From an uncultured Thermoplasmata archaeon (GTDB lineage: Archaea; Thermoplasmatota; Thermoplasmata; UBA10834), in NCBI GenBank assembly GCA_963787465.1, contig CAWBDD010000025.1, positions 4,306-68,305 on the forward strand: a stretch of DNA of 64,000 nucleotides, in the 5' to 3' direction. The position numbers and the translations under genes were made by a program. Below, piece after piece: positions 25,562 through 35,784 of the stretch (its first letter is position 1; each line of letters begins with the position of its first letter). The notes beneath the pieces were generated by a model, which was given only the letters and a program-made list of their open reading frames with translations, was not told the origin of the DNA and searched no databases.

Positions 25562-26569
25562 ATGGCCCTCAGGACCGGCAAGCTCCCGCCCGAAGTGCTC
25601 AAGCGGATGCTCAGGAACACGGGGGCGAAGGACCCGAGGGTCGTGCTCGGCCCGCGCGTCGGCGAGGACGCGGCCGTCGTCAAGGTGGGGCGGCACCTGC
25701 TCGTCCTGAAGACGGACCCCGTCACCTACGCGTCGGACCTCATCGGGTGGTACGCGGTGCACGTCAACGCGAACGATGTCGCGACGCGCGGGGCGACGCC
25801 CGCATGGTTCCAGGCGACCGTCCTGCTCCCCGAGGGGACCGAGGAGTCGGAGGTCGAGGACATCTTCAAGCAGATATCGAAGGCGACGCGACAGCTCGGC
25901 ATCGCAGTCACGGGCGGCCACACCGAGGTGACGCCTGGGATATCGTCCCCGATAGTCGTCGGCGACATGCACGGGACCCTCGACGGGAAGAAGCCCGTGC
26001 TCACATCCGGAGCGCGCGCAGGCGACTTCGTGGTCCTTACGAAGGGCGCTGGCATCGAGGGCACGGCGGTCATCGCGAGGGAGAAGAGGGCGGAGCTGCT
26101 GAGGGTCTTCGAGAAGCGCATGGTGGACAGGGCCGCCGACTTCCTCTTCGACCCAGGGCTGTCCATAGTCCCGGAGGCGAAGATCGCACTCAGGTTCAAG
26201 GTCACATCCATGCACGACCCGACGGAGGGCGGCGTCGCGATGGGCGTCCGCGAGGTCGCGGACGCGTCCGGGAGATCGATCGACCTGCTCGTCGACAATG
26301 TGAACGTCTTCCCGGAGACCAGGCGGATCTGCAGGAAGTACGGCATCGACCCGCTCGGGCTCCTCGGGTCAGGCGCGCTGCTCGCGACCTTCTCCCCCGA
26401 GGACGCGGAGGCATACGCCGACGCGTGCGAGAGGAAGGGCATCGAGGCGCGAGTGGTCGGGCGCGTCGTCAAGGGCAAAGGGCGCTCGATGGCGATCTCC
26501 GGCGGAAGGGCTATTCCTCTTTCGTCTTCCGAGCGCGACGAGGTTTTGAAGGTGCTTTCTCGGCCTTAG
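25562..26569 (+). CDS. AIR synthase-related (PurM/HypE/ThiL superfamily) protein
   Basis: GEDAAV, TDPVT, NANDVA, GGHTE and MHDPTEGG. Confidence 0.85.
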   Translation: MALRTGKLPPEVLKRMLRNTGAKDPRVVLGPRVGEDAAVVKVGRHLLVLKTDPVTYASDLIGWYAVHVNANDVATRGATPAWFQATVLLPEGTEESEVEDIFKQISKATRQLGIAVTGGHTEVTPGISSPIVVGDMHGTLDGKKPVLTSGARAGDFVVLTKGAGIEGTAVIAREKRAELLRVFEKRMVDRAADFLFDPGLSIVPEAKIALRFKVTSMHDPTEGGVAMGVREVADASGRSIDLLVDNVNVFPETRRICRKYGIDPLGLLGSGALLATFSPEDAEAYADACERKGIEARVVGRVVKGKGRSMAISGGRAIPLSSSERDEVLKVLSRP

Positions 26570-27326
26570 CCGTGGCCTTCTTCTCGGGCTTGGCCTCCGT
26601 CTTCGACTCAGCCTTGGGCTCAGCCTTCATCTCCGTCACAGGGGCGAGTCTCTCGGCCATGTCCACCGCGCAGAGGCACTTCGCCGTGACGGTCCACACC
26701 TTGAGCATCCTCTGGCCCAGCGAGATCTTGGTCGCGTTGAGCTTCGAGAGGTCCGACCTGAATGTGCCCTTGGAGAACCCGCCTATGATGACGACAACGC
26801 GCTCCGCCTTGATGGATGCGAGCTTCTCGGGAAGGTAGGACTGCGAGCCGTCGGCGTCCATGACTATGACCGCGTCCGGTTTGAGGGCGCTGACGATCGT
26901 GGCGAGGGGGACCTTCTCCCTGAGCTCGAGCAGGGCGTTCTCCCTGGAAGGGACGACCCTCTGCTCGAACAGGTTCTCGATGAGCCCGACGAACCTCGGG
27001 TAGTGCGGCGGGAGCCTCGTCTGCGGGTTGACGGCGATGACGTCGTCGTTCCTCGTGTGGACGAAGACCTTCAGCCTGCCCGACGCGTTCAGGTCCGAGT
27101 CCATGCAGAGCATCAGGAAGAAGTGGACGATGTCCGGCCGGCCCCTCCGCTCGGACTCCTTGAGCTTGTCGAAGGCGGGGTGGTGGTGCGACGCGTCGAG
27201 GAGGATCTTCTCCGGCGGTTTCCCGCGTGCGCGCGCGTTGTTGATGATGCAGCGCTCCTTGAGCAGTTCGGTCGGCACGAGTTCGAGTTCTGCGTCTGCC
27301 AGCACGAAGAAGTACTGTGTCGTCAC
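26511..27326 (-). CDS. nep1: 16S rRNA pseudouridine N1-methyltransferase Nep1/Emg1
   Basis: LDASHHH, RGRPDIVH, RLP..Y.RF.GL and IGGF..G. Confidence 0.92.
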   Translation of the reverse strand: MTTQYFFVLADAELELVPTELLKERCIINNARARGKPPEKILLDASHHHPAFDKLKESERRGRPDIVHFFLMLCMDSDLNASGRLKVFVHTRNDDVIAVNPQTRLPPHYPRFVGLIENLFEQRVVPSRENALLELREKVPLATIVSALKPDAVIVMDADGSQSYLPEKLASIKAERVVVIIGGFSKGTFRSDLSKLNATKISLGQRMLKVWTVTAKCLCAVDMAERLAPVTEMKAEPKAESKTEAKPEKKATAKAEKAPSKPRRARKTKEE

Positions 27327-28393
27327 GTTAAGACCTCTTGCAGGACGTTATGGTCCCGCGCATACGCGACCTCCTGTGCGATGCGCCGGCCGGTTGAAAG
27401 GCCGGGTTCCACAAGGTCGGAGTACGGCGAGCCTGAGATGAACGGGTTCGTGCCCGCGACTATCCTCGAGGATATCTCGAAGGCCTTGATCTTGAGGTCG
27501 TCGGTGACGATGCACTCGAGGCAGAACGGCCCCATCATCCCCCCGAAGAGCTGCAGCGATCGTTCGACCGCGCGCTCGCCCAGCTCCAGCAGCTTCGGAA
27601 GGAGCGACTCGCGCACGACGACGGGGATGTTCCCCGTGACGACGAAGGTCGGGTAGTGGCCCAGCTTCTTCAGCTCCTCGAGCGAGCCCAGCTTGTATAT
27701 CTCGTCGATGTTGCTCTCGTCGCGCCTGTCGACGCTGAGCATCTCGAGCACGCCCTTGCTGAGCTTGTAGCCCTCGGTCCTGATCGGTGAGTAGAAGTAG
27801 TGTATGTAGTACCTGGTCCCCAGGATGTACTCCTGGATGGAGTACTTCTGCGCCTGGTCGATCCCGAGCTTGAAGTCGGGGTAGTCCTTCGCGATGAAGA
27901 ACCCCCTGCCGCCCTTCGCCCCGTCGTACTTGACCAGGACGGGCTTGTCTATGAGCTTGGGGTCGTCGATCTTCCTCGGCATCTCGAGCCCCGCGGACTC
28001 GAGCCAGGTGCGCTCCATGTCCCTGTTGCTCTCCCACTCGAGCACGCGCCTGTTCCCGAATGTGGGGACCTCGAGCTGCTCGAAGTTCTTCGGGGTCATG
28101 TACTCGACGAACGAACCGTGCGGGACGATGATGACGTTCTTCTCGATGAGCTCTTCCGTGCGGTTCAGGAGCTGCGTGTAGGAGTCGATATGGAAGAACT
28201 CGTCCGGCTTACCCTTCGGGAAGGCGTCGTAGAACTTGGTCTTCTGCCCGACGGTTATGCCCAGCGTCTTGAACCCTTCCTTGCGGGCGCCGTCGAAGAT
28301 CTGAAGCGAGGTGTGAGAGCATGCCGTCGCGATGGTCAGCTTGCTCTTGTCGTATCCCTCGATGATGTGGTTGATCTTCTCTCTTGAGACCAT
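27323..28393 (-). CDS. purP: FAICAR synthetase PurP (ATP-grasp)
   Basis: SHTSLQIFDGARKEGF, PHGSFVEY, GAKGGRG and FEISSRIVAGTN. Confidence 0.92.
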   Translation of the reverse strand: MVSREKINHIIEGYDKSKLTIATACSHTSLQIFDGARKEGFKTLGITVGQKTKFYDAFPKGKPDEFFHIDSYTQLLNRTEELIEKNVIIVPHGSFVEYMTPKNFEQLEVPTFGNRRVLEWESNRDMERTWLESAGLEMPRKIDDPKLIDKPVLVKYDGAKGGRGFFIAKDYPDFKLGIDQAQKYSIQEYILGTRYYIHYFYSPIRTEGYKLSKGVLEMLSVDRRDESNIDEIYKLGSLEELKKLGHYPTFVVTGNIPVVVRESLLPKLLELGERAVERSLQLFGGMMGPFCLECIVTDDLKIKAFEISSRIVAGTNPFISGSPYSDLVEPGLSTGRRIAQEVAYARDHNVLQEVLT

Positions 28394-28560
28394 TGTCGCC
28401 AATACCTCGTTATCTGATTTAAAATTTGCCGTCCACCCAATCATCTTGACATGTCAGCAGCCAGATGCCTGTCATCCCGGCGCACGGAGGCCTGCCCTGT
28501 GAAACTGTTAAGAACGGGCAAAACATGCCTGAGTCCTGACCCGGCGGAGTTCATAGGACC

Positions 28561-29802
28561 ATGTCCTCGGACAAGCAGGCTGAGAAGAGGGGGAGACGGG
28601 GCAAGTTCCTCGCAGGCATCAGCACGAACGTGCTCGTCCTCGGGGTCGTGAGCTTCCTCACGGACACGAGCAGCGAGATGCTCTACCCGATACTGCCGCT
28701 GTTCCTCGTCTCGATCGGGGCCACCGGCGCCATGATCGGCCTGATCGAGGGCGCCTCGGAGACGACCGCGTCGCTCCTCAAAGTGTACTCCGGCTGGACC
28801 TCGGACAAGCGGATGAGGAGGAAGCCCTTCGTCCTGGGAGGCTACGGCCTCAGCTCGCTGACCAAGCCGTTCTTCATCATCGCGACCGCCCCGTGGCACG
28901 TCCTCGGGATAAGGGTCACCGAGCGCATCGGGAAGGGCATCAGGAGCGCCCCCAGGGACGCGCTGATCGCCGACTCGGTCGACGCGAAGGTCCGCGGCAA
29001 GGCCTTCGGGCTGCACAAGATGTTCGACTCGATGGGGGCCGTCGCGGGCCCTCTCATCGCCCTCGGGATCATACTGCTGACTGCCGCCAGCCTCGAGGCC
29101 CTCGACGACGCGACCTACAGGACCATCTTCATCGTGGCGACGGTCCCGGCGTTCGCAGCCGTCGCGGTCATAATCCTCTTCCTGAGGGAGAAGGAAGGCA
29201 CGGGCGGGAAGGTGAAGGGGCGTTTCATGGTGGAGGCGCGCCGGCTCGAGAGGCCGTTCTGGCTCCTGATGATCGTGGTCATAGCGTTCTACGTCGGGGA
29301 GGTCAGCTACGCGTTCTTCATCCTGAGGGGGCAGGACGTCGGCCTCTCCGTCGTCACCGTCCTGCTGCTCTACACCATGTTCAACCTCGTGTTCGCGCTC
29401 ACCGCGATGCCCGCGGGGGTGCTCTCGGACCGCATCGGGAGGAAGCCCGTCGTGCTGTTGTCGTTCGCGATCTTCGCCCTCTCGTGCGGGGTGATGGGCG
29501 CGGCCGACGCGGTCCTTCCAGTGGTGGTCGGGTTCGCCCTGTTCGGCCTCTACAAGGGGTCCTCCGAGGGCGTCCTGAAGGCGTACGTGGTCGACTTCGT
29601 ACCCGCGGAGCTGCGCGGGACGGCGCTGGGGGTCTTCCACACGGCGGTCGGCCTGGTCATGCTCCCGGGAGGGATAGTCGCGGGGCTGCTCTGGGACTCG
29701 GTGGGTCCATGGGCCACGTTCTCCTTCGGCGGGGTCATGGCCCTCGCAGCGGCCGGCCTGCTCATGGTGCTGGGCAGGGAGAGGGCGCGCCCGACAGCTT
29801 GA
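28561..29802 (+). CDS. MFS transporter
   Basis: SFLTDTSSEM, GKGIRSAPRDALIA and GVLSDRIGRK. Confidence 0.92.
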   Translation: MSSDKQAEKRGRRGKFLAGISTNVLVLGVVSFLTDTSSEMLYPILPLFLVSIGATGAMIGLIEGASETTASLLKVYSGWTSDKRMRRKPFVLGGYGLSSLTKPFFIIATAPWHVLGIRVTERIGKGIRSAPRDALIADSVDAKVRGKAFGLHKMFDSMGAVAGPLIALGIILLTAASLEALDDATYRTIFIVATVPAFAAVAVIILFLREKEGTGGKVKGRFMVEARRLERPFWLLMIVVIAFYVGEVSYAFFILRGQDVGLSVVTVLLLYTMFNLVFALTAMPAGVLSDRIGRKPVVLLSFAIFALSCGVMGAADAVLPVVVGFALFGLYKGSSEGVLKAYVVDFVPAELRGTALGVFHTAVGLVMLPGGIVAGLLWDSVGPWATFSFGGVMALAAAGLLMVLGRERARPTA

Positions 29803-29839
29803 AGAAGGCGCGCGCGTTCAAGACCTGACAGGTGACCGC

Positions 29840-30781
29840 ATGAAGGTGACGAAGGGCGTGGCCTACGGACTGATGGCGGTGGCGGCCGTGCTCTGGGCCA
29901 CCTCCGGGACGCTCACCTCCTTGGCAATCGACGCGGGCGCGACCGCGAACCAGGTCGCGGTGTTCGCCGCCGTCTTCAGCGTGATGGTGCTCCTGCCGGC
30001 CGTCCACCTGCTCGACCGGCCGTCCCTCAGGCTGCGGAGGAAGGACTTCCCCGCCATGCTCCTGTTCGCGGTCGTGACCGGCTCCCTGTTCTCTCTCGCC
30101 TGGTACCACTGCGTCGACCTCACATCGGTCACGACCGCGGTGATCCTGCTCTACTCGTACCCGAGCATCGTGACCGTCGCCTCGGTGTTCCTCCTGAAGG
30201 AGAAGCTCACGCCCGCGAAGGCGATCGCGCTGCCGCTCACATTCCTCGGCTGCCTGCTCGTGTCGGGCGCGTACGACCTCGAGCTCGTCAGGCTCAACCT
30301 CGTAGGCATCGGCCTCGGACTGTACACAGGGATCGCCGCCGCCGTCTACTACCTCTGGACCAAGAGATGGCTCGCCGTGTACCCATCCAACACCGTCGCG
30401 CTCTACCTGGCCATCCTGACGGTCCCGGGGGTCGTGCTGCTCGCGGACCCGCTGACTATCATGGACGCGCCCCTCGGGACGGACGCGTGGGGGCTCATAT
30501 TCCTGATAGGCCTCCTGCCCGGCACCGTCGGCTTCGTCATCTCGATGGTCGCCCTCAAGCACATAGAGGCGAGCAAGGCCAGCATCGTCGCGAGCATCGA
30601 GCCCGTCGCGGGGGTCATGCTGGCGGTCGCGGTCATCGCCGAACGCCTAGAGTGGCTGCAGGTGGCAGGGGTCGTGCTGGTGGTCGCCGGGGTCCTCATG
30701 CTGCGCATAGCCCACAGGGACAAGGACGACATCCCGGAGACTCCCCCGGGCAGGACGGCCGAGCCTGAGCACCGCCCTTAG
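29840..30781 (+). CDS. EamA/DMT family transporter
   Basis: About 10 TM in two repeats; SIEPVAG motif. Confidence 0.9.
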   Translation: MKVTKGVAYGLMAVAAVLWATSGTLTSLAIDAGATANQVAVFAAVFSVMVLLPAVHLLDRPSLRLRRKDFPAMLLFAVVTGSLFSLAWYHCVDLTSVTTAVILLYSYPSIVTVASVFLLKEKLTPAKAIALPLTFLGCLLVSGAYDLELVRLNLVGIGLGLYTGIAAAVYYLWTKRWLAVYPSNTVALYLAILTVPGVVLLADPLTIMDAPLGTDAWGLIFLIGLLPGTVGFVISMVALKHIEASKASIVASIEPVAGVMLAVAVIAERLEWLQVAGVVLVVAGVLMLRIAHRDKDDIPETPPGRTAEPEHRP

Positions 30782-30831
30782 GAGGGAAACGGCAAATAAC
30801 CCCCTGGCCAATGGGTGGCCGTGGGGAAGGC

Positions 30832-31587
30832 ATGATAATCGCAAGGGTCTCAAGCGGCATCCCGGGCCTGGATGCGGTCCTGCAGGGTGGCATCCCGACG
30901 AACTCGACGATCGCGCTCAGGGCAGAGCCCTCGAACCACACCGAATGCTTCCTCCAGCAGTTCGTCGTCGAGGGGCTCAGGCACGGGTTCCCCGCGCTCT
31001 ACTGCTGCCTGTCGCGCCCGGTCGCGAGCGTGGTGAACAGCATGAGGCACCAGGGCTTCGACGTCCTGGAGCAGGTCGCCAACGACCAGCTGATCTTCCT
31101 CGACTGCTACTCGCTCCACGCGCGGACATCCGGCATGGGCGTCGACCCCCAGATACGGAAGAAGATCGTCGCCGTCACGGAGGTCGACGACGAGAGGATG
31201 CTACAGGAGGGGCTGGCCGAGGCCGTCGCCCGCATATCGAACCTGAAGGGGCTCAGGGCCGTGTGCGAGAGCGTCCCCGGGACTCTGACCTCGAAGCAGC
31301 CGGTCCAGGTCATGCGCTGGGGGAGGCGCGCTTTCGCCGACCTGAGGGAGTTCGACACCATCAGCATCCACGCGTTCCCGGTCGGCATCCGCGAGGAACT
31401 GTTCAAGCTCATGGCCCACGATTTCGACGGCGTGATGGAGATCAGGTCCGAGCACTCGCCCGGGAGGATGAAGTACCTCTTCGGGGTGCCCAAGATGAGG
31501 ATGACGGACGTGCCCCCGAAGCTGTACGACCTCGAGATCGAGGACAACCTCCTCACCCTGAAGACGCAGTTCGAGAAGATCGCCTGA
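30832..31587 (+). CDS. KaiC/RAD55-like RecA-fold protein with degenerate Walker A
   Basis: SSGIPGLDAVLQGGIP start, FLDCYS, DGVMEI...KMR; the P-loop position reads AEPSNHT. Confidence 0.8.
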   Translation: MIIARVSSGIPGLDAVLQGGIPTNSTIALRAEPSNHTECFLQQFVVEGLRHGFPALYCCLSRPVASVVNSMRHQGFDVLEQVANDQLIFLDCYSLHARTSGMGVDPQIRKKIVAVTEVDDERMLQEGLAEAVARISNLKGLRAVCESVPGTLTSKQPVQVMRWGRRAFADLREFDTISIHAFPVGIREELFKLMAHDFDGVMEIRSEHSPGRMKYLFGVPKMRMTDVPPKLYDLEIEDNLLTLKTQFEKIA

Positions 31588-31596
31588 AGGGCGCCG

Positions 31597-32121
31597 TCAC
31601 ACGACCGTCGGCTCGAAGAAGTCGCGGAAGAGGAAGTACACGATGAAGGCGCGGGCTATCCCCGCGAACACGTTCGTTATGACGAATCCGCGCCAGGTCA
31701 TCAGCTTCCCCTCCTTGTTCAGGATCGAGAAGACGTAGAGGGTCACAGTGTCTGGGAAGAACGGGATGCACAGTATGGCGAACATCGCAGGGTAGCCGTA
31801 CTTCCTGACGACGATCTCGCTCTTGTCGAGCATCCACTTGAACCAGTTCCAGTGGGCGTACTTCATTATCACCTGCTCGACCTTGAACCCGATGAAGAAG
31901 ACGACGAGGGCGCCCGTGCCCTTGCCCAGGCCCATGACCAGCGCCTTGACGTAGATCGAGACGACTGGATCCCCGAAGAGGAATATCTCGACCGGTATCG
32001 GGAGTATGACCGCCGCGGCCACGCAGTACGCGTAGAGGACGGCGACGTACGTAACAGGGTCGAGCTGGTTGTCCTGCAGCCAGTCGATCAGAGGCTGCAG
32101 GATGACGCCTAGTTCGGACAT
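31597..32121 (-). CDS. DedA/VTT (SNARE-associated) family membrane protein
   Basis: LPIPVE, G...GALVVFFIG and KYG....F...CIPFFPD. Confidence 0.7.
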   Translation of the reverse strand: MSELGVILQPLIDWLQDNQLDPVTYVAVLYAYCVAAAVILPIPVEIFLFGDPVVSIYVKALVMGLGKGTGALVVFFIGFKVEQVIMKYAHWNWFKWMLDKSEIVVRKYGYPAMFAILCIPFFPDTVTLYVFSILNKEGKLMTWRGFVITNVFAGIARAFIVYFLFRDFFEPTVV

Positions 32122-32290
32122 GAAGTGTACGGCCTCCGGAGAGCGCATACGCTACTTGAAAATTGCCCCGGAGTCCCCCGCGGGCGGGTGCGCGCGGGGG
32201 AGGGCAAATCGGGCATAGCCAGAAAAATAAAAGCCGTGTCGAATAAATACCAAAGCCTTATATTCATGTAACAGTATCACCAATTACGGG

Positions 32291-32905
32291 ATGTACATGC
32301 CCAAGGCTGAAGGGAAAGAAGGCGACTGGTTCGCAGAGCTCGATGAGGAACTCGAGAAGAAGATGCTCCAGATCACCGACAACATCGCTGAGCAGAGCAC
32401 TCAGAAGGTGACGGTGAACAAGAGCCTCCTCGAGGATTTCTACAGGGTACAGATGAGGTTCAACAAGATCAACGTGCACTTCACGCTGTCACCCGAGTCC
32501 ACGGCATTCCTCAAGTTCACGGACCCGGAGCACTGGGCCCTCAAGCAGGAGATAGACTTCGACTTCGGGCGCCTCGACAGCATCTCCCTCGGCGACCGCT
32601 CCCAGGGCAGGGTCGGCGACGCGCTCAAGGCATGGTACTACAGCATCGACAGCCAGGTCCACCTCAGGATCGTCTTCGAGTTCTGCGAGGGCGAGCACTA
32701 CTACAAGTACGCCGGCTGGAAGAGGATCTTCAGCCAGTACGTGCTCATCGACGTTCCCGTTGCGAAGTTCGACGAGAAGAGGTACCACGAGGTCCTGGCC
32801 GATGTGGTCAAGGCCTGGTACGAGAGCCACCTGAGACGGGACAGGGAGATCGTCCTGAAGCACCTCAGGGACAAGTACGAGAAGGGCGAGACCTTCACGC
32901 AGTGA
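32291..32905 (+). CDS. Hypothetical soluble protein
   Basis: 204-aa ORF with host-like codon use and an AT-rich upstream region; no motif recognised. Confidence 0.7.
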   Translation: MYMPKAEGKEGDWFAELDEELEKKMLQITDNIAEQSTQKVTVNKSLLEDFYRVQMRFNKINVHFTLSPESTAFLKFTDPEHWALKQEIDFDFGRLDSISLGDRSQGRVGDALKAWYYSIDSQVHLRIVFEFCEGEHYYKYAGWKRIFSQYVLIDVPVAKFDEKRYHEVLADVVKAWYESHLRRDREIVLKHLRDKYEKGETFTQ

Positions 32906-32909
32906 TTGC

Positions 32910-34193
32910 CTAGGTCGCCTGTGTCGGGCGGTCCTGCAGTCCCTCCGCCGAGAAGTAGTACTCCATTAAGCACTGATACCAGCGTGAGCCGTCGACAAGG
33001 TCGAGACCGACCTCGTTGTACACGAACTGCTTCGCCCATTCCCAAGCCGCGGAGTTGTAGTTCGCTAGGCAGGGCGGGAAGTATATGTTCAGTCCTGTGG
33101 GCGCATCGCCCAGCTTCTGGCTGCTGCCTTCGTTCACCAGGGCCGCATCGAAGGCTTCCATGAAGGTGTCGATCGCAGCGTCCAGCTCACCGTCCAGCCC
33201 CCTCAGGTCCGCGAAGAGGGTGTACGCGGAAGGCACGAACTCCCAGCCGCCGAAGCTCTGCCGGAGGGTGACGAACGAATGGGTCCAGGCGGCGTGGACG
33301 GCGCCGACATTGTCGGCCACGAGCGGTTCGAGCACCTCGGTCATCCGGGAGAAGGCCGCGCCCAACTCCTCCATCCGGGACATGTCGAACGCGGAGAAGG
33401 TCATGCAATCCTGGTCGTAGGGGTACATGTGCTCGTAGAGGGTCTTCGAGCTGTAGTACTCCATGTACATGTCGACCATGTCGTAGGCCAGGTCGCGCGG
33501 GGACATCCACGGCTCGGCAACCAGTGCCTGGAGGATCATGTCGTAGGGCAGACCGTCGTCAGGCACGAACAGCTCGGAGGCGGCGAACCAGTCGACGGTG
33601 TCCCTCAGCTCGTACGCGATCTCCATCGTCGCGACGTCGCACGCGTCCATGGCGAGCAGGTCCACCCCGACGCCGCCGTTCTTGGCAGTCGCCCTCCTTA
33701 TGGTGTCCGCCATGGAGTCGACTGACATTATGCAGTTGCCGTCAGTCTCGTCCCTGCACAGGCCACGCCAAGCGTATCCGTGGTCCTGCATGACCAGCAT
33801 GGTCTTCTTGGCGGGGTAGTTTGCTAGGCCGTAATCGAGGAACCTCTCGAGTGTGGCCGGGTCGGACGAGTTCAGCTCATCCCAGGTCTCCACCGTGAAG
33901 GACTCCCCGTCGTGTATGTCGTAGATCCACGTCCCGCTGACGGACAGGAGGTCCATGAAGACGACCAGGTTGATCTCATCGTCGCACGTGAGTGCTGGCT
34001 TCCAGGTCTCCATGGCGAACTCGGCGCACGGCTCGAGGTCGTTGTCCGAGTCCCAGTAGACCAGCAACGTCCATTCCTTGAGGTCGTCGACCTCCTCGTC
34101 CCCCAATCCCACGAACGACGCAGACGAGCTCGGAAGCGCCAAGACTGCGACCGCGACGATGCACACCAAGACCATACCGTGGCTGCGGCTCAA
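32910..34193 (-). CDS. Clostripain (C11) family cysteine peptidase, secreted
   Basis: WTLLVYWDSDNDLE; QDHG and MDAC dyad motifs; signal peptide. Confidence 0.9.
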   Translation of the reverse strand: MSRSHGMVLVCIVAVAVLALPSSSASFVGLGDEEVDDLKEWTLLVYWDSDNDLEPCAEFAMETWKPALTCDDEINLVVFMDLLSVSGTWIYDIHDGESFTVETWDELNSSDPATLERFLDYGLANYPAKKTMLVMQDHGYAWRGLCRDETDGNCIMSVDSMADTIRRATAKNGGVGVDLLAMDACDVATMEIAYELRDTVDWFAASELFVPDDGLPYDMILQALVAEPWMSPRDLAYDMVDMYMEYYSSKTLYEHMYPYDQDCMTFSAFDMSRMEELGAAFSRMTEVLEPLVADNVGAVHAAWTHSFVTLRQSFGGWEFVPSAYTLFADLRGLDGELDAAIDTFMEAFDAALVNEGSSQKLGDAPTGLNIYFPPCLANYNSAAWEWAKQFVYNEVGLDLVDGSRWYQCLMEYYFSAEGLQDRPTQAT

Positions 34194-34327
34194 TGCCCCT
34201 ACCCCCTTGGCTGATGCTCCAGGTAACCGCTCCCGCGGCTATAAACACTCCATCCCGTGGATGCTTGCCAGTACCCACAATTGTGCATCGGGGGCGAGAC
34301 TCTGGGCGGGTGCTGATGGCGCATGCC

Positions 34328-35608
34328 TCACGCGGAGATGACCATCCCGGACTGCGTCCCTGGTGGCCAGCCATAGTACTCCAGCAGGCACTGGTTCCAC
34401 GAAGACTCCGCGATCAGGTCGAGTCCTATCCCGGTGTACGGGTAGCTCCGGGCCCACTCCCAAGCCTGGCATTCGTATATGCTGTAGTTGGGCGGGAAGT
34501 GGATGCACGTCCCCTGAGGGATGTCCTTGAACCTCGAGCTGCTCCCCTCGTTCAGGAGGGCGGCGGCGTACGCCTCCTCGAAGTCCTCTATGGCGAGGTC
34601 CAGCTGCGCATCGATTCCCTTCATCCCGTCCAGCATCGTCCAGACGTCCGGCAGGTACTCGATCCCTCCGATGTTGGCCCACATGCTGATCAGGGCGCTC
34701 TCCCTGGCCAGCTTGATCTCGATCGCGTGGTCCGCCACGAGAGGCTCGAGCACGGAAGTCAGCGCGATGAAGCTGTCGCCGAGCGCCTGCACCTTGGACA
34801 TGTCGTACGCCGAGAAGCCCACGAAGTCCTGGTCGTAGGGGTTCATGTGCAGGTACTCCGTCTTCGAACTGTAGTACTCCATGTACTGGTCGACCATCAG
34901 GCACGAGAGCCTCTCGGCCGATATGGTCGGCTCGTCCATCAGAGTGTCGATCAGGGCATAGTACGCCAACCCGTCGAGGGGGACGACGTACTGAGAGGCG
35001 GCGAAGTAGGGCACCGCGTCCCTGAGTTCGTAAAGGACCTCGATCGTAGCCATGCTGCAGGCGTCCATGGAGAGCAGGTCCACTCCCACCCCTCCGTTTG
35101 CCGCCCTCACGTCCTTCAGGACCTGTGCGATCGGGTGCAGCGTCATGATGGTCTCGCCGCTCGTGTCGTCCCTGCACAGGCCGCGCCAGGAGAACCCGTG
35201 GTCCTGCATGACCAGCATGGTCTTCTCCGCCGGATAGTTGGCCAGCCCGGACGTCAGGAACTCCTCGAGCACGGCTGGGTCGGACATGTCCCGCTCCCCC
35301 AGGCTGGCGACCGTCTCGTACCCGCCCGGGTGGAACTCGTACATCCAGGTACCCTCGACGGACAGGAGGTCGACCAGGGCGACTATGTTGATGTGCTCGT
35401 CCGAGGTCATGGCGCTCTGCCATATCCCCATGCAGAACTCCGTGCACGGCTCGAGGTTGTTGTCCCCGTCCCAGAATATCAGGATAGTCCAGTCCTTGCC
35501 CTCATCTGAGGACACGCTCTGACCGCATACTCCCGCGGCAGGCACGAGCACACACATAGCCAACCCGATCGACAGGAGGGCTTTCGCAGAACGTCCGCTG
35601 AGCATCAA
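34328..35608 (-). CDS. Clostripain (C11) family cysteine peptidase, tandem paralog
   Basis: WTILIFWDGDNNLE; QDHG and MDAC; long stretches shared with the neighbouring gene. Confidence 0.9.
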   Translation of the reverse strand: MMLSGRSAKALLSIGLAMCVLVPAAGVCGQSVSSDEGKDWTILIFWDGDNNLEPCTEFCMGIWQSAMTSDEHINIVALVDLLSVEGTWMYEFHPGGYETVASLGERDMSDPAVLEEFLTSGLANYPAEKTMLVMQDHGFSWRGLCRDDTSGETIMTLHPIAQVLKDVRAANGGVGVDLLSMDACSMATIEVLYELRDAVPYFAASQYVVPLDGLAYYALIDTLMDEPTISAERLSCLMVDQYMEYYSSKTEYLHMNPYDQDFVGFSAYDMSKVQALGDSFIALTSVLEPLVADHAIEIKLARESALISMWANIGGIEYLPDVWTMLDGMKGIDAQLDLAIEDFEEAYAAALLNEGSSSRFKDIPQGTCIHFPPNYSIYECQAWEWARSYPYTGIGLDLIAESSWNQCLLEYYGWPPGTQSGMVISA

Positions 35609-35784
35609 ACTCCCCCTCGTTCCCCATCACCCCGATGCCGCCGCCCCGCTTTAACGGTTGCCGTGTCAGTAGCGGTCCCGGACCCCTGTAATGGGCATCG
35701 GGTGGCCCGTGTCTCGGGCCCCCGGCAGCAGGGGGATGGCAAACGAATTAACCCGGCGCAGCGATTGGGCCGCGGGATGCTCAG

